Position numbers and translations under genes: made by a program. Below the pieces are notes generated by a model. That model did no database searches. It was given only the letters and a program-made list of their open reading frames with translations, and was not told the DNA's origin. A stretch of DNA of 64,000 bases from Antedon mediterranea (Eukaryota; Animalia; Echinodermata), in the NCBI RefSeq assembly GCF_964355755.1, contig NC_092670.1, positions 1,540,201 to 1,604,200 of the forward strand. Reading direction: 5' to 3'. This document shows positions 12,102 through 23,934 of this stretch, piece by piece (the stretch's first letter is position 1; every line of letters begins with the position of its first letter).

Positions 12102-12539
12102 GTAAGTTAGGCCTTATATATACAGATAGTATTAACTTCTGAAAAAATGAAGAAAAAAAAACAACATAACAGGTTATCCCTTTTAGACCAAGACTGTAAC
12201 AAAATATTATCAAATGTATTATATCATTATAGTCAAATCATTTATCCCAATTGAATTTTTCTGCTGCTAGCCATCATTATTATAAGTAAGGCTTAGAATC
12301 CACCAAATCTGAAATCAAGTGAGGAAGAAACACTTCCAAATGTTCGAAATATTCCCACTGTTGCGCAAAATAAATGACATGACTACAACTCTCTCTAATA
12401 ACAAATTAACTTGTAACCGAGAGATTGTCCTGTGACATCTGTTTTATCTAAAAGGATCTTGTTAGAATAGTTTATAAAGATCTTTGATAAGGATCAATGT
12501 ATAGAAATGATAATATTTATTTTGACCTTTTGACCTCAG

Positions 12540-12653
12540 CTGTCGATGCATGTGCATCAAATCCATGTCAAAATGGCGGTTTGTGTACAGACTTTCAAAC
12601 GCACTTCACTTGCGGATGTTTAAAGAATTTCGCCGGAGAATTTTGTAGTATTA
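12540..12653 (+). CDS. EGF exon (1 module)
   Basis: AG/GT, 114 bp; [14 protein letters not shown]. Confidence 0.88.
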
Positions 12654-13098
12654 GTAAGTGTAAAGCCTGACAATGTTTAATGTTTTACCATAGTTGGTGA
12701 ATGCTTGGTAGGCCCACTATATATATCTAGCTCCAATGCACAATATGTTTACTAAACCAATTACACCAAATAACTAGCTAAATGTCAATGTTTTTATCTA
12801 CAAGCAAGTAAATTGCTGTTGTGTTTCTGTTTGTCCTAAAATCAAAGTGTTGTGTGGTTCTGTATTGTTTTCTTTGTGTTTAATTCAATATGTTTGTGTC
12901 AAAGCAGAAATGGTAAAAGTAATCGTACTTCATATATAATATATTTATTGTCAATTCACGTATTGTGTTTCGCTAGAACATTTGTGTATCTGCTATAATA
13001 TTATGTTGCAGTAAGGTATTGTTTTATGTATGTTTTTGTGTGTTCAGTTAAAAACCAAAACTATTTTTTGAACACAAGTTTCTATTGTATTTCTGTTT

Positions 13099-13361
13099 AG
13101 TGTTTCAGTTATACCACAACCATAGACAGCAAACAATCCTGACACAAAACAGTGTTTCAGTTATACCACAACCATAGACAGCAAACAATCCTGACACAAA
13201 ACAGTGTTTCAGTTATACCACAACCATAGACAGCAAACAATCCTGACACAAAACAGTGTTTCAGTTATACCACAACCATAGACAGCAAACAATCCTGACA
13301 CAAAACAGTGTTTCAGTTATACCACAACCATAGACAGCAAACAATCCTGACACAAAACAGT
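13099..13361. repeat. 52-bp tandem repeat, 5 identical copies
   Basis: agtgtttcagttataccacaaccatagacagcaaacaatcctgacacaaaac x5. Confidence 0.95.
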
Positions 13362-14361
13362 TACTGAGTCTAACTCTCATTCTGCACCTACTCATATTTC
13401 CGAGCATGCGCAGAATGACTGTTGTACATCTGCATAGTCGAAAAAGAAATTGTGAAAACGAGTAGTTGATATTGCTACTCTAAGTTGGTTTATAAAAATA
13501 TTAACCATGTCCTATAAAACTATGGATAGTGTGGCCTACCGCAGTATGATTGATTTTTATACGAATCATTGATAGACTATTTGTCTCTACTGTTTTGTTT
13601 ATATGTTTATATTGTATATTATTATTAATCACAATTCAATATTTAATATCCTATTTTCAGCTATATAGTTTTTAATAGTTATATTTTAGTTATTCTTTCA
13701 TCTTGGTTGGTTAAAAGTGTTATGAAATAATAGAGTAATGGTGTAGTTTATAATTATTATTGTAGGCCTACTTGTATTACGCTTATTTGTAATGTATCTA
13801 TAGTGCATAACCGTGAATGATCAAACATATGCTGCAGCACTTTATCATTTACGGTAAATTTATAATATTCGTATATATGGCGGTATTGGTTATTGTACAT
13901 GTTATGTTTGTCTTGTTTTAAGGTGAAATACAATAGTCACACTGTAGTTACTTATTATTGGACTTTAGATAATATATATGATATATTTAACAAACATTTA
14001 TTTCATCAAATGCCAGACAATGCGATAATATATTGTAATTGCATTTTGCACCATATGCTACAAGAAGATAACAAATATGTTATCACGCTCACAAACTTAA
14101 TTGAATTCCCAACTTTTTTATACAGTTAAAAAAAAGATCGAATTGCTATTATAAAAACTGCTTAATACTTTTATAATTGTAGTATAGTACCATAGAACCA
14201 GTATGTATTATTTAACTTACAAAGTATTTATCGATATTATATGAATGCAAATGTCAATTTTTTTTTTAAACAAAGTCTTATTTCTGTTTGCAAGGTAAGT
14301 TGACAGTTAAACCTTATTTTTAATGTCATTCTTACATCAGTATGTACTATTTGTTACTCAG

Positions 14362-14475
14362 ATGTGAATGAATGTGTTGATATGCCATGTGCCAACGGAG
14401 CAACATGTGTAGATCTTGCTGATAGTTACCGATGCGACTGTCCAGTAGGATATAGCGGATTTCATTGTGATATAG
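14362..14475 (+). CDS. EGF exon (1 Ca-binding-type module)
   Basis: AG/GT, 114 bp; VNECVDMPCANGATC. Confidence 0.9.
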
Positions 14476-14535
14476 GTATGTATCCCATCATGCACTTGAA
14501 TATTCATTTTTGCATTATTTCAGGATTATATCTAA

Positions 14536-14687
14536 AGCTATGTCTACACTATCAAATTTTATGTGTACAAAAAAATGTGATGTGCCCATATATGGACATG
14601 ATGATGTCATATCACTACCATATTATTGGCACATCACTACCATATTTTGGCACATCACTAAACTAGTTTGATAGTGTAGACAGAGCT
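14536..14687. mobile_element. MITE with 21-bp TIRs (family has 3 copies in the window)
   Basis: agctatgtctacactatcaaa / tttgatagtgtagacagagct, 1 mismatch. Confidence 0.8.
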
Positions 14688-15117
14688 GTATAGTAGACTT
14701 ACCACAAATCTCTAGTTATTTTTCTGGAGTTTCAATTGTTTCCCAAATCCAGCTCAAGTATAGTTACGACGAAACTGTTACCTTGCACCTATATGTGTAT
14801 TCTACACTACTATGTTAAACATAGCAAAATGAATGTTTTTCCATTTCATTATTTTATACAATTATAACATTTTAGGTTCGATCACTTTTCCTTTTTTGTC
14901 TATTTTTTTGAATTTTTATTCCTGTACAACAATTTTAAAATATTCTATTCGATGTATCAACAAATCCAGGCAATGGTTATTTTGTATGATCCTTTGTTTG
15001 TATGTTTTTGCTTAATTTCATTGAAAACATTTTGGAAATACATAAACAATCTCTTTATTGCTCTTAGTGTTGATCCATTGTTAGTACATTTTAATGTGAA
15101 GTCTTTTTCTCCTCTAG

Positions 15118-15234
15118 CACCAACCGATGCCTGTGACTCTAATCCATGCTTGTTTGGTAGTACATGCCAAGGAGATGCTGATTCATATCAATGCGTCTGT
15201 GATGCAGGGTATGCTGGTGACAGATGTGAATTCC
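15118..15234 (+). CDS. EGF exon (1 module)
   Basis: AG/GT; DACDSNPCLFGSTC. Confidence 0.88.
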
Positions 15235-15534
15235 GTAAGTTTTGGACAACTTTACAAAAACAGAATATACATGCATCAGCGTACCATCTTAATCATGAAT
15301 CTTACTTACTTATTCCAGGACATACCCGAACTTATGACTAGATTCATCCATAACTTTCGATCTGCCATTGTGACAGCCAGTTCATCTCTGTGTCAATGTA
15401 TTATGAGTGTTTCTATTGATATGGTCTCTAGTTTGGTCTACAATAATACATACAGCAGTACAGTTTTTGTATAAAATACAATATAAATACTATTTGTAAT
15501 TACTTTGTATGTTCATTTATTTCTTTTCATTTAG

Positions 15535-15648
15535 AACGTGAAGCATGTTCACCTTATCCATGTCAAAATGGTGGTATATGTACTAATTTCAGGACTTACT
15601 ATGAATGTACATGTCCGATAGGATATACTGGAATGGATTGCCAGGCAG
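15535..15648 (+). CDS. EGF exon (1 module, type A)
   Basis: AG/GT, 114 bp; EACSPYPCQNGGIC. Confidence 0.88.
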
Positions 15649-15991
15649 GTATGTGAATACAAAATGTACGACGACAGCATCATAGATTACAAACCAATAA
15701 AAAACAAGTACATTCCATTTATTGTTATTGTTTAATATTATTATGAAACTCGGTCAGGGACTGCTAGTTTTAAAAACATGATTAGGCCTACTGTAACTTT
15801 GATACTCAGAATGACTTTTTATCTAATATAGTATATTTATTTGTTATTATTTGTGATATTATATAATAAGTTAATCAATCATTTAGTTCACTGTATTTGT
15901 GTTTTAAAAAGAACGCAAATAATGCAGGTGCTATATAAAGGAAGTCAACCATTTTTAAATTTGATATGATATATTATACATATTTATCTAG

Positions 15992-16105
15992 TTGTTGTTG
16001 ACTGTATTACCAACAATTGTCAAAATGGCGGAACGTGTAGAGGGGACGTCAACGCACTTTATTGTGAGTGTGCTCCAGGCTATAGTGGCAGTTTATGTAC
16101 CAATG
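15992..16105 (+). CDS. EGF exon (1 module, type B, contains RGD)
   Basis: AG/GT, 114 bp; VDCITNNCQNGGTCRGDVNALYC. Confidence 0.88.
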
Positions 16106-16249
16106 GTAATTTATTTTTACATCATAGAATATTAGCATTTTCCTATTATGGTTTATATTTGGGTCAACAAAGTTGGATACATACGCTACATCATTTTATA
16201 AAATACTACTACTTGTGATTAATCTGTATATTCATTTATTTGTATCTAG

Positions 16250-16363
16250 AAAATGATGCATGTTCACCTTATCCATGTCAAAATGGTGGTTTGTGTATTA
16301 ATTACAGGACCTACTATGAATGTGAATGTGTTACAGGATTTACTGGAATGGATTGCCAGGCAG
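16250..16363 (+). CDS. EGF exon (1 module, type A)
   Basis: AG/GT, 114 bp; DACSPYPCQNGGLC. Confidence 0.88.
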
Positions 16364-16582
16364 GTATGTGAATACAAAATGCATATTAGAATCATAGAGT
16401 AGACAACCCAATGAAACATAACAACATTCATTAATGACCAACAACGTGAAACAAATTAAAGTCTTTCAGAAACTGCTAATTAAACACGATTACTATAACT
16501 TAAATCATGTAATTATGTACACAGGTACTATTATTTGAGAAGAAACGTCAATTAAATATTGAATTTTCTTTCTTTTTTTCAG

Positions 16583-16696
16583 ATGCAGTTGACTGTATAG
16601 CGAACACCTGTCAAAATGGAGGAACTTGTATAGATGGGTTCAACGCACTTTACTGTCTGTGTGCTTCAGGCTATGGTGGCAGTTTCTGTGAAATGG
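16583..16696 (+). CDS. EGF exon (1 module, type B)
   Basis: AG/GT, 114 bp; VDCIANTCQNGGTC. Confidence 0.88.
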
Positions 16697-16891
16697 GTAT
16701 TTTTTTAAAGAATATTAATTATGCATTTATTTATTATAAAGTGCAGATAACTGATCCTAGTAATATGTACTTTGTTTTCAATAAAAATAAATTTTGATAC
16801 TAAACCAGTCTTCTTTCACATCTGCAATGCAGAAAGCAACTTCAGAAAGTTAAAAAAAAAGCTTCCATGTTTTCTAATATTTTTGTTACAG

Positions 16892-16999
16892 TTGCCTGTG
16901 AATCAAACACTTGTCAAAATGGCGGAACTTGCTTTGAAGACAACAACGTACTTTCTTGTGTGTGTGTTCCAGGGTATATAGGCGACGTGTGTGAATTTG
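16892..16999 (+). CDS. EGF exon (1 module)
   Basis: AG/GT; ACESNTCQNGGTC. Confidence 0.87.
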
Positions 17000-17090
17000 G
17001 TAAACATTCGTTTTCTTGTATTGTTTGTCCAACATCTATTTTGTGGATAATGAAAAGATATGACCCATGCCTTTCTTACAGTATTAGTAG

Positions 17091-17497
17091 TCTTATTTTG
17101 AGTTGTTCAATTCTTATTTTGAGTTGGTCATTTCATATTTTGAGTTGGTCATTTCTTATTTTGAGTTGTTCATTTCTTATTTTGAGTTGTTCATTTCTTA
17201 TTGTGAGTTGGTCATTTCTTATTTTGAGTTGTTCATTTCTTATTTTGAGTTGGTCATTTCTTATTTTGAGTTGTTCATTTCTTATTTTGAGTTGTTCATT
17301 TCTTATTTTGAGTTGTTCATTTCTTATTTTGAGTTTTTCATTTCTTATTTTGAGTTTTTTCATTTCTTATTTTGAGTTTTTTCATTTCTTATTTTGAGTT
17401 TTTTCATTTCTTATTTTGAGTTGTTCATTTCTTTTTTTGAGTTGTTCATTTCTTATTTTGAGTTGTAAATTTCTTATTTGAGTTCTTCATGTCTTAT
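17091..17497. repeat. 21-bp minisatellite, ~19 copies
   Basis: tttcttattttgagttgttca repeated. Confidence 0.95.
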
Positions 17498-17515
17498 ATT
17501 CTGCTTTTTTTTTAG

Positions 17516-17629
17516 AAAGGGAAGCATGTTCACCTTATCCATGTCAAAATGGTGGTATATGTACTAATTACAGAACCTACTATGAATGTGAATGTGTGGA
17601 GGGATTTGCTGGAGTGAATTGTGAGGCAG
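17516..17629 (+). CDS. EGF exon (1 module, type A)
   Basis: AG/GT, 114 bp; EACSPYPCQNGGIC. Confidence 0.88.
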
Positions 17630-18179
17630 GTATGTGAATTCAACGATTACACGGGGTCTTGTAACATCTTAATAATAGGAATAAAAGATAGTAAGAACGG
17701 TAAAGATATTGTTAACAGTGCCATAAGTAACAAACAAACAAAAGTAATTTTGTCGGATGGGAAACTCGGAAGGAAACTTAACTTTGTTTGACTATAAATG
17801 AATACTGAAGTAATGTTAAAAGATAGGAATGCTCAACCGCAGTAAGTAAATAAGTGGGTTTATTATCAATTTTGTTGCAAAGGTTTGTTTTTTTATTATA
17901 AACAATAAATTGTTATCGTTCCCCTTTTTTTAAGTGCTTAGGGCCTCATGCATGTCAGCCCCGGCTGTTTTGAGTCACCCTCATTAAACAAAGTTGAATA
18001 AAAATTAAAAGAATCTTTTTACCATTTAGCGGACAGAACACTCTTCACACACTCTATATGTATATAAAGCATTTTCTACTTGTGCTTGTCTGTGGCTAAG
18101 CATTTCACGGTGGTTTTAAAATGATAAAGATGATTAAAAATTACACATACTGTTATCAAAACATTTTATTTCACTTAAG

Positions 18180-18293
18180 ATGCCGTTGACTGTATAGCCA
18201 ACACCTGTCAAAATGGAGGAGTCTGTAGAGAAGGGTTCAACGCATTCTATTGTCAGTGCGCTCCAGGTTATAATGGTGCTTTCTGTGAAAATG
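18180..18293 (+). CDS. EGF exon (1 module, type B)
   Basis: AG/GT, 114 bp; VDCIANTCQNGGVC. Confidence 0.88.
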
Positions 18294-18971
18294 GTAAGTT
18301 TCTTTCTTTTGGTTTTCTTAAAACGTTTTTTCTTTTCAAAATATATTCAACAGCTAACTTCGTTATTATACCATGTCTTGCTTTACATAAGTAGCATCTG
18401 TAGATTTATAGATGCATTGTTCTCCCAAAAATGAACAATAAAAATTCATAAAATATCACATAAATTATTTATTTTCAAATTATTTTTTTTTTCAGGAGGA
18501 CAATATATCGTTAAGTTTTAATTTATGATTCTCCTACAGTTTACCATTAACTTATTTTGCTAGTGCAGATTATGATTTTTTAATATGGTTTTTGTTATGA
18601 TGTGCTCATAAATTACAGTTTATTTTCAGCAAATTTTCTTATGTACTATTATTTGTACCCAGACACTTCCAAGTGGAAGAATATTCATGTTTTATTTTTA
18701 ACTTGTGTTGTTTTTAAGGTTTTATTTACCCCTTTCTTTCTTTCTATCTCTTTTAATCTTCATTAATTTATTTAGTAATTTATTTTATTTTTCTGTATTC
18801 CTTTTGTATTTATAAGTCAAAATAATATAAACGTTATTTTTCTTTTACATTTTACAATTAATATTTCTTATACCATTATATAAAAACATGATTTATGCTG
18901 ATATTGGTTAATGTCATTTTTGTAGGTTACTTGTATAGAATTGTTTAACAAAAATGATATATTTATTACAG

Positions 18972-19202
18972 TAGAAACATCTATATGTTCAAGCATGCCT
19001 TGTATAAATGATGGGGTATGTATACCCACTGCAACTTCATTTCAATGCGCATGCGTATCGGGTTTCGAAGGATTTTATTGCGAGTTTGATATCGATGAGT
19101 GTTCCAGTTCGCCGTGCCAGAACGGTGGAAACTGTCAAAATTTGATTGGTCAGTTTAGTTGCGAGTGCATCTCGGGATACCGTGGTGTTTGGTGTCAAGA
19201 AG
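18972..19202 (+). CDS. EGF exon (2 modules)
   Basis: cagtag NAGNAG acceptor (18972 or 18975); SICSSMPC...DIDECSSSPC. Confidence 0.87.
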
Positions 19203-19473
19203 GTACTACATTAAGTTTAAATTACTTTTTTAGAAATTCCTTTTCGTTTTTTTTAATAAAATTAAACAAAGATATAATGTTTTCTTTTAAGAAATCAATC
19301 GGTGCATTGTATGGCAAACTATACTGTCCCCATCAATTATGTATTGTTAAAAGTACCCAGGCCTACTAATGTAAATGTAGTAGTGTACTTGTCGTTATAG
19401 TTTTTTTATACTGAGTTCCGTAATATTAGATTAGTTTAAAAGTTTAATTGATATTATTTATCAGAACCATTTT

Positions 19474-19571
19474 TAGTTGAACTTATCAGAAAATTGATAG
19501 TTGGGCTTATCAGAAAAGTGATAGTTGGGCTTATCAGAAAATTGATAGTTGGGCTTATCGGAAAATTTATA
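19474..19571. repeat. 24-bp tandem repeat, ~4 copies
   Basis: tagttgggcttatcagaaaattga repeated. Confidence 0.85.
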
Positions 19572-19733
19572 GTAATTGGTCAAGAATTATAGTTAAACAT
19601 GAGATGTTTTTAAAAGTAGTACTTAAACAAATTAAATTAAATGCTAACTGTACATATTGTGCATTATTTCAACGGCTTAATAAGTTAATTGTTTAGTTTA
19701 TAACAAATGTTATTGCTAATTGGTAACTTTCAG

Positions 19734-19847
19734 AAATCAATGAGTGTGACAGTTTCCCGTGTCAGAATGGAGGAAGCTGTTCCGATTATATCAATTTGTT
19801 TGTTTGTGAGTGTGCAGTTGGTTTCCAAGGCTTATTATGTGAAACAG
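19734..19847 (+). CDS. EGF exon (1 module)
   Basis: AG/GT, 114 bp; INECDSFPCQNGGSC. Confidence 0.9.
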
Positions 19848-20253
19848 GTGAAAACATTTTATTGACGTGTAATTTTATTTATACCTTGCTCTTATTAAAA
19901 TTGTAGGTGATCAGTTGTTTTCTCAATGTATAACTTTTTTGTTATTATATTCCGGAGAATCAATGACCAAATGTTGACAAGTTTTTAAAATGCCTCATAG
20001 CGAGATCGGGCAAAAATGGCTAAAGAGATTTTTTGTATACAAAAAATAATTGATAAAAAGTGAAATTATTTCAATTGTTAACTTAATGTGATGGTGTTCT
20101 ATCTCAAAATAGAATTGTGTTCCCAGCCCAATTCTTGATTATTTTAAGTGTAATGCTAATTAAAAAATACATAGTTCCAATGTAATGTTAAGAGTGGTAT
20201 CTCATTGGATCAAATTTTATTATAACAATATTTTTTATTGATATCAAATTTAG

Positions 20254-20481
20254 ATATTAATGAATGTCTTAGTGCACCGTGCCAAAACTGTGGTACTTGC
20301 TTCCAGTATGTCGGTGGCTTTACATGTGGTTGTGCAGCAGGATGGACTGGTGCCATATGTAGCGAAGACATCTTAGAATGTACCAGTAATCCATGTTTCA
20401 ATAGTGCTACTTGTCTAGAACAAACCAATGCATACTTTTGCAGTTGTGTCCTTGGTTATACTGGAGATAGGTGTCAGACAG
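20254..20481 (+). CDS. EGF exon (2 modules; first has 7 Cys)
   Basis: AG/GT, 228 bp; INECLSAPCQNCGTC. Confidence 0.9.
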
Positions 20482-20567
20482 GTGCACAAATACATATTTT
20501 ATGTTTATATCTGGAAAATATTAGGGTTAAAAATTAAATTAAAAATGATGCAAGGTTGGTTGTAGAG

Positions 20568-21374
20568 AAACAAGGCCAACAGCCATTAAGTCGCGTGCTA
20601 CAATGCATAGTGATACCGGACCGACAGACAAACAGACCGACAGACAGACAGACCGACAGACAGACGGACCGATCGACATAGTGAACTATACTGACCGAAA
20701 TTACTGAACATGTTTAAAAATGTTGAAATGTTTAAAAACATTCATATTTTTTTAATTTACACGTGCGTAGCCTGTCACTTTTGACGTGCTCGTATAACGT
20801 AATTTAGAGTTGAAAAGTAAGTCAAGAAAACAGAAATCGGGCAAAAAGAGTGCGCAAAAACATTTAACGCGCATTGCGCGCGCAAAAATCTGCGCACTCA
20901 TGGCAATTTTGTAAACGCTTAAAATTGCCTGAAACGTACTCTTATTTCATCGAAAATAAATTTTGAAAATTTTAAGCGCGCGTACGCATGCGTTACATGC
21001 GCTACGCACGTAATTGTATTGCCATATGATGATTTATGCCCTGAAATTTATGAGTACCAAATTTTATTTAATTGTGATTCATGGTTGTTAAGATATGATT
21101 ACAAACGTGATTTCGTTAAATCGTGCGTAGACCGCGTAATTTTTTATTGCGCACCGTGAAAACATAACCACATCGATTCCTGGCCATAAGGAATATTCTG
21201 TGAAAAATTGACTTAGCTAGATTAAACTGATATCAAGATAAGGTCATAAAGCGATAAAACGCATAGTGATACCGGACCGACAGACAGACAGACCGACAGA
21301 CAGACCGACAGACAGACAGACAGACCGACCGACCGACATAGTGAACTATAGAGTCGCTTCCACGCGACTAAAAA
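20568..21374. mobile_element. Non-autonomous Helentron-like (HINE/DINE-1-type) element
   Basis: Subterminal inverted repeat agtcgcgtg (20589) / cacgcgact (21361), terminal hairpin agtcgc-ttccac-gcgact, (CAGA/CCGA)n tracts in two ~90-bp direct repeats, A-runs at the ends. Confidence 0.65.
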
Positions 21375-21506
21375 TAGAATTGAAACGTAATATATTATTA
21401 TGAGAAATATATGGGAACTGAGGCAGAATATTTTGAATTTTAAATAAATTTGCCGAATAGTTACAATTGTTTTCCAATAACCATTGTTATATTGCTTTCT
21501 GTCTAG

Positions 21507-21731
21507 ACATCAACGACTGTATTAGTTCACCATGTTTAAATGGAATTTGTATCGATGATGTTAATATGTTTACATGTCAATGTTACGCTGGCTATGAAGG
21601 TGTATTCTGTGAATTTGAGATCAATGAATGTGCCAGTGCTCCGTGTCAGAACTTTGCCTTTTGTAGAGATGAATTAAATCAGTTCATCTGTGATTGTTTG
21701 CCAGGTTACCGTGGCATTTGGTGTCAGGAAG
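21507..21731 (+). CDS. EGF exon (2 modules)
   Basis: AG/GT; INDCISSPC...EINECASAPC. Confidence 0.9.
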
Positions 21732-21931
21732 GTGACTGGCTGTCTTGTTTTATATTTGTTTTTTAAATCAGTTTTCAAAAAGATTAGCTGTTTTTATTAT
21801 TATGTATAAGATAGTCATGCTGTGTTTATTTAAAGTTTTGTTTTAAATTTAAAAGTATAATTGTTCTAGTTGTAAACCGCATTGCATTGTTATGTGTTGG
21901 ATTTGTTCTAAGTTCTGTTTTCGACTTGCAG

Positions 21932-22045
21932 AAATCATAGAATGTGACAGTTCACCATGTCGTAATGCCGCGACCTGTAATGACCTCATTAACGGATATC
22001 TTTGTGAATGCCGAAATGGCTACGCTGGCACACACTGTGAAATAG
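21932..22045 (+). CDS. EGF exon (1 module)
   Basis: AG/GT, 114 bp; IIECDSSPCRNAATC. Confidence 0.9.
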
Positions 22046-22351
22046 GTGATGATAGTAAAAAGTCTAAATACTTTTTCAACTCATAATTTTCATCAAAACT
22101 AAATTTAAATTCCTATGCCCTTGCTTCAAAATACAATTTGTCAAAACGTTCATTGCTTATAATTCAATCTAAAGGTGCTGGAACAATTTTTATAGAAAAC
22201 GACATATACATAAATCGAAATTTCTGATATTCTAACTAATAATGGAAATAAATATTATTATTAAATAATTAATAAATTATTATTATTTTTTAGTATTTAA
22301 ATTTGCATCTGGAATAATAATTTTTACAAATAATTTGTAAATACATTTTAG

Positions 22352-22579
22352 ATATCGACGAATGTACTAGTTTTCCTTGCCAAAACGGTGGTACTTGCTT
22401 CCAGTATGTCGGTGGCTTTACATGTGGTTGTGCAGCAGGATGGACTGGTGCCACATGTAGTGAAGACATCTTAGAATGTACCAGTAATCCATGTTTCAAT
22501 AGTGCTACTTGTCTAGAACAAACAAACATGTATTTTTGTTTATGTGTGGCAGGCTATGAAGGCAACCGCTGTGAGAGAG
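22352..22579 (+). CDS. EGF exon (2 modules)
   Basis: AG/GT, 228 bp; [15 protein letters not shown]. Confidence 0.9.
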
Positions 22580-22778
22580 GTGAAGAATTTATCCATTCTA
22601 ACATGTCTGGTTCAGGTTTTATTGTAATGAATGGTATTTCTTATAAATCCTTTTGGTTAGGAATATTAACTTGTATGAATAATTTCAAATATAAATGCAA
22701 CACTTTAGTGAAAATCTATTCATTTAATTATAGCTTATTTTGATAATAATAATAATAATTTTATTTTCATTATGCCAG

Positions 22779-23006
22779 ACATTTATGAATGTGGGAGTTC
22801 ACCATGCACAAATGGAGCATTTTGTGTCGATCAAATTAATAGTTTCAACTGCCAATGCTTACCGGGATATGAGGGTGTATTTTGCGAATTTGAAATAAAC
22901 GAGTGCGCCAGAAATCCATGCCAGAACGGCGCACTTTGTAGTGATGAACTAAATCAGTTTGTTTGTACTTGTTTACCTGGCTATCGTGGTACTTGGTGTC
23001 AGGAAG
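22779..23006 (+). CDS. EGF exon (2 modules)
   Basis: AG/GT, 228 bp; IYECGSSPC...EINECARNPC. Confidence 0.9.
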
Positions 23007-23238
23007 GTAATAAGGCAGTAGTAGATGATCTGAAAAATTAATAGTAATACATTTGAATCCTTTCATATGTTTGATCTTTCGTCAATCCTTGTCAGTCTGA
23101 ACCAATGTTGTACTTCACTCTTAGTCCACTACAGATAATTAGTCTCCAATTGTTATTTTAATATCGATACTAATTTCATTTGTTCACATAAAGTAATATA
23201 ATTTTGCTAATATTGATATTATGAATGCTAATTTCTAG

Positions 23239-23352
23239 ATATAGATGAGTGCCTAAGTGCTCCCTGTTTAAATGGCGGTTTATGTATAGACCTTGTGAAT
23301 GGATTTGTTTGTCAGTGTGCCAATGGTTTCCAAGGATACAATTGCGAACAAG
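23239..23352 (+). CDS. EGF exon (1 module)
   Basis: AG/GT, 114 bp; [15 protein letters not shown]. Confidence 0.9.
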
Positions 23353-23706
23353 GTGATAGCAGCAGAAATAATCATGATTTCTTAGGAGAACAATCCCACT
23401 TGCAAATGGGTCCTAGTATCAGTTTGAATGAGTTCTAGGGAAATATAATACCCTCAGTAGCAATTAGATCCAAAAAGAATGAATGCGTGTGATCCCAGTA
23501 AAAATGGAAAATTGATTCTTTCAGAAATGGGAATATGGTCATAGAAATAATAACAGCATTTTCGTTCAGAGATAGTAGCATATTTTTTTAGTCAGTACAA
23601 TATCATTGTATTTAATTCTGAAGATACAAGAGACATACACAACCACAATATTAACTAAACTTTTATTCCCAAATGATAACAGAATAAGCTTAATCTTTTT
23701 CTACAG

Positions 23707-23934
23707 ACATCGATGAGTGCCTTAGCAATCCTTGTTTAAACGGTGCAACATGTTTCCAACAAATTGGATCTTACGTTTGCGGTTGCGCAGATGGTTGGTA
23801 TGGACCCCAGTGCGGCATGAACATCGATGAGTGCAGCAGCAATCCATGCTTAAACTCTGGTGTTTGTCTCGACATTGTAAACGCATATGTTTGTTCATGT
23901 CCTACAGGATATGAAGGCAATCGATGTGAATTAG
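23707..23934 (+). CDS. EGF exon (2 modules)
   Basis: AG/GT, 228 bp; [15 protein letters not shown]. Confidence 0.9.

Noticed and set aside
17040-17397. Hydrophobic SFLILSC repeat after an EGF module, resembling a transmembrane tail
   Set aside because: Read-through past the donor at 16999 into a 21-bp minisatellite. The normal donor and the next exon are intact, and nothing supports retention.
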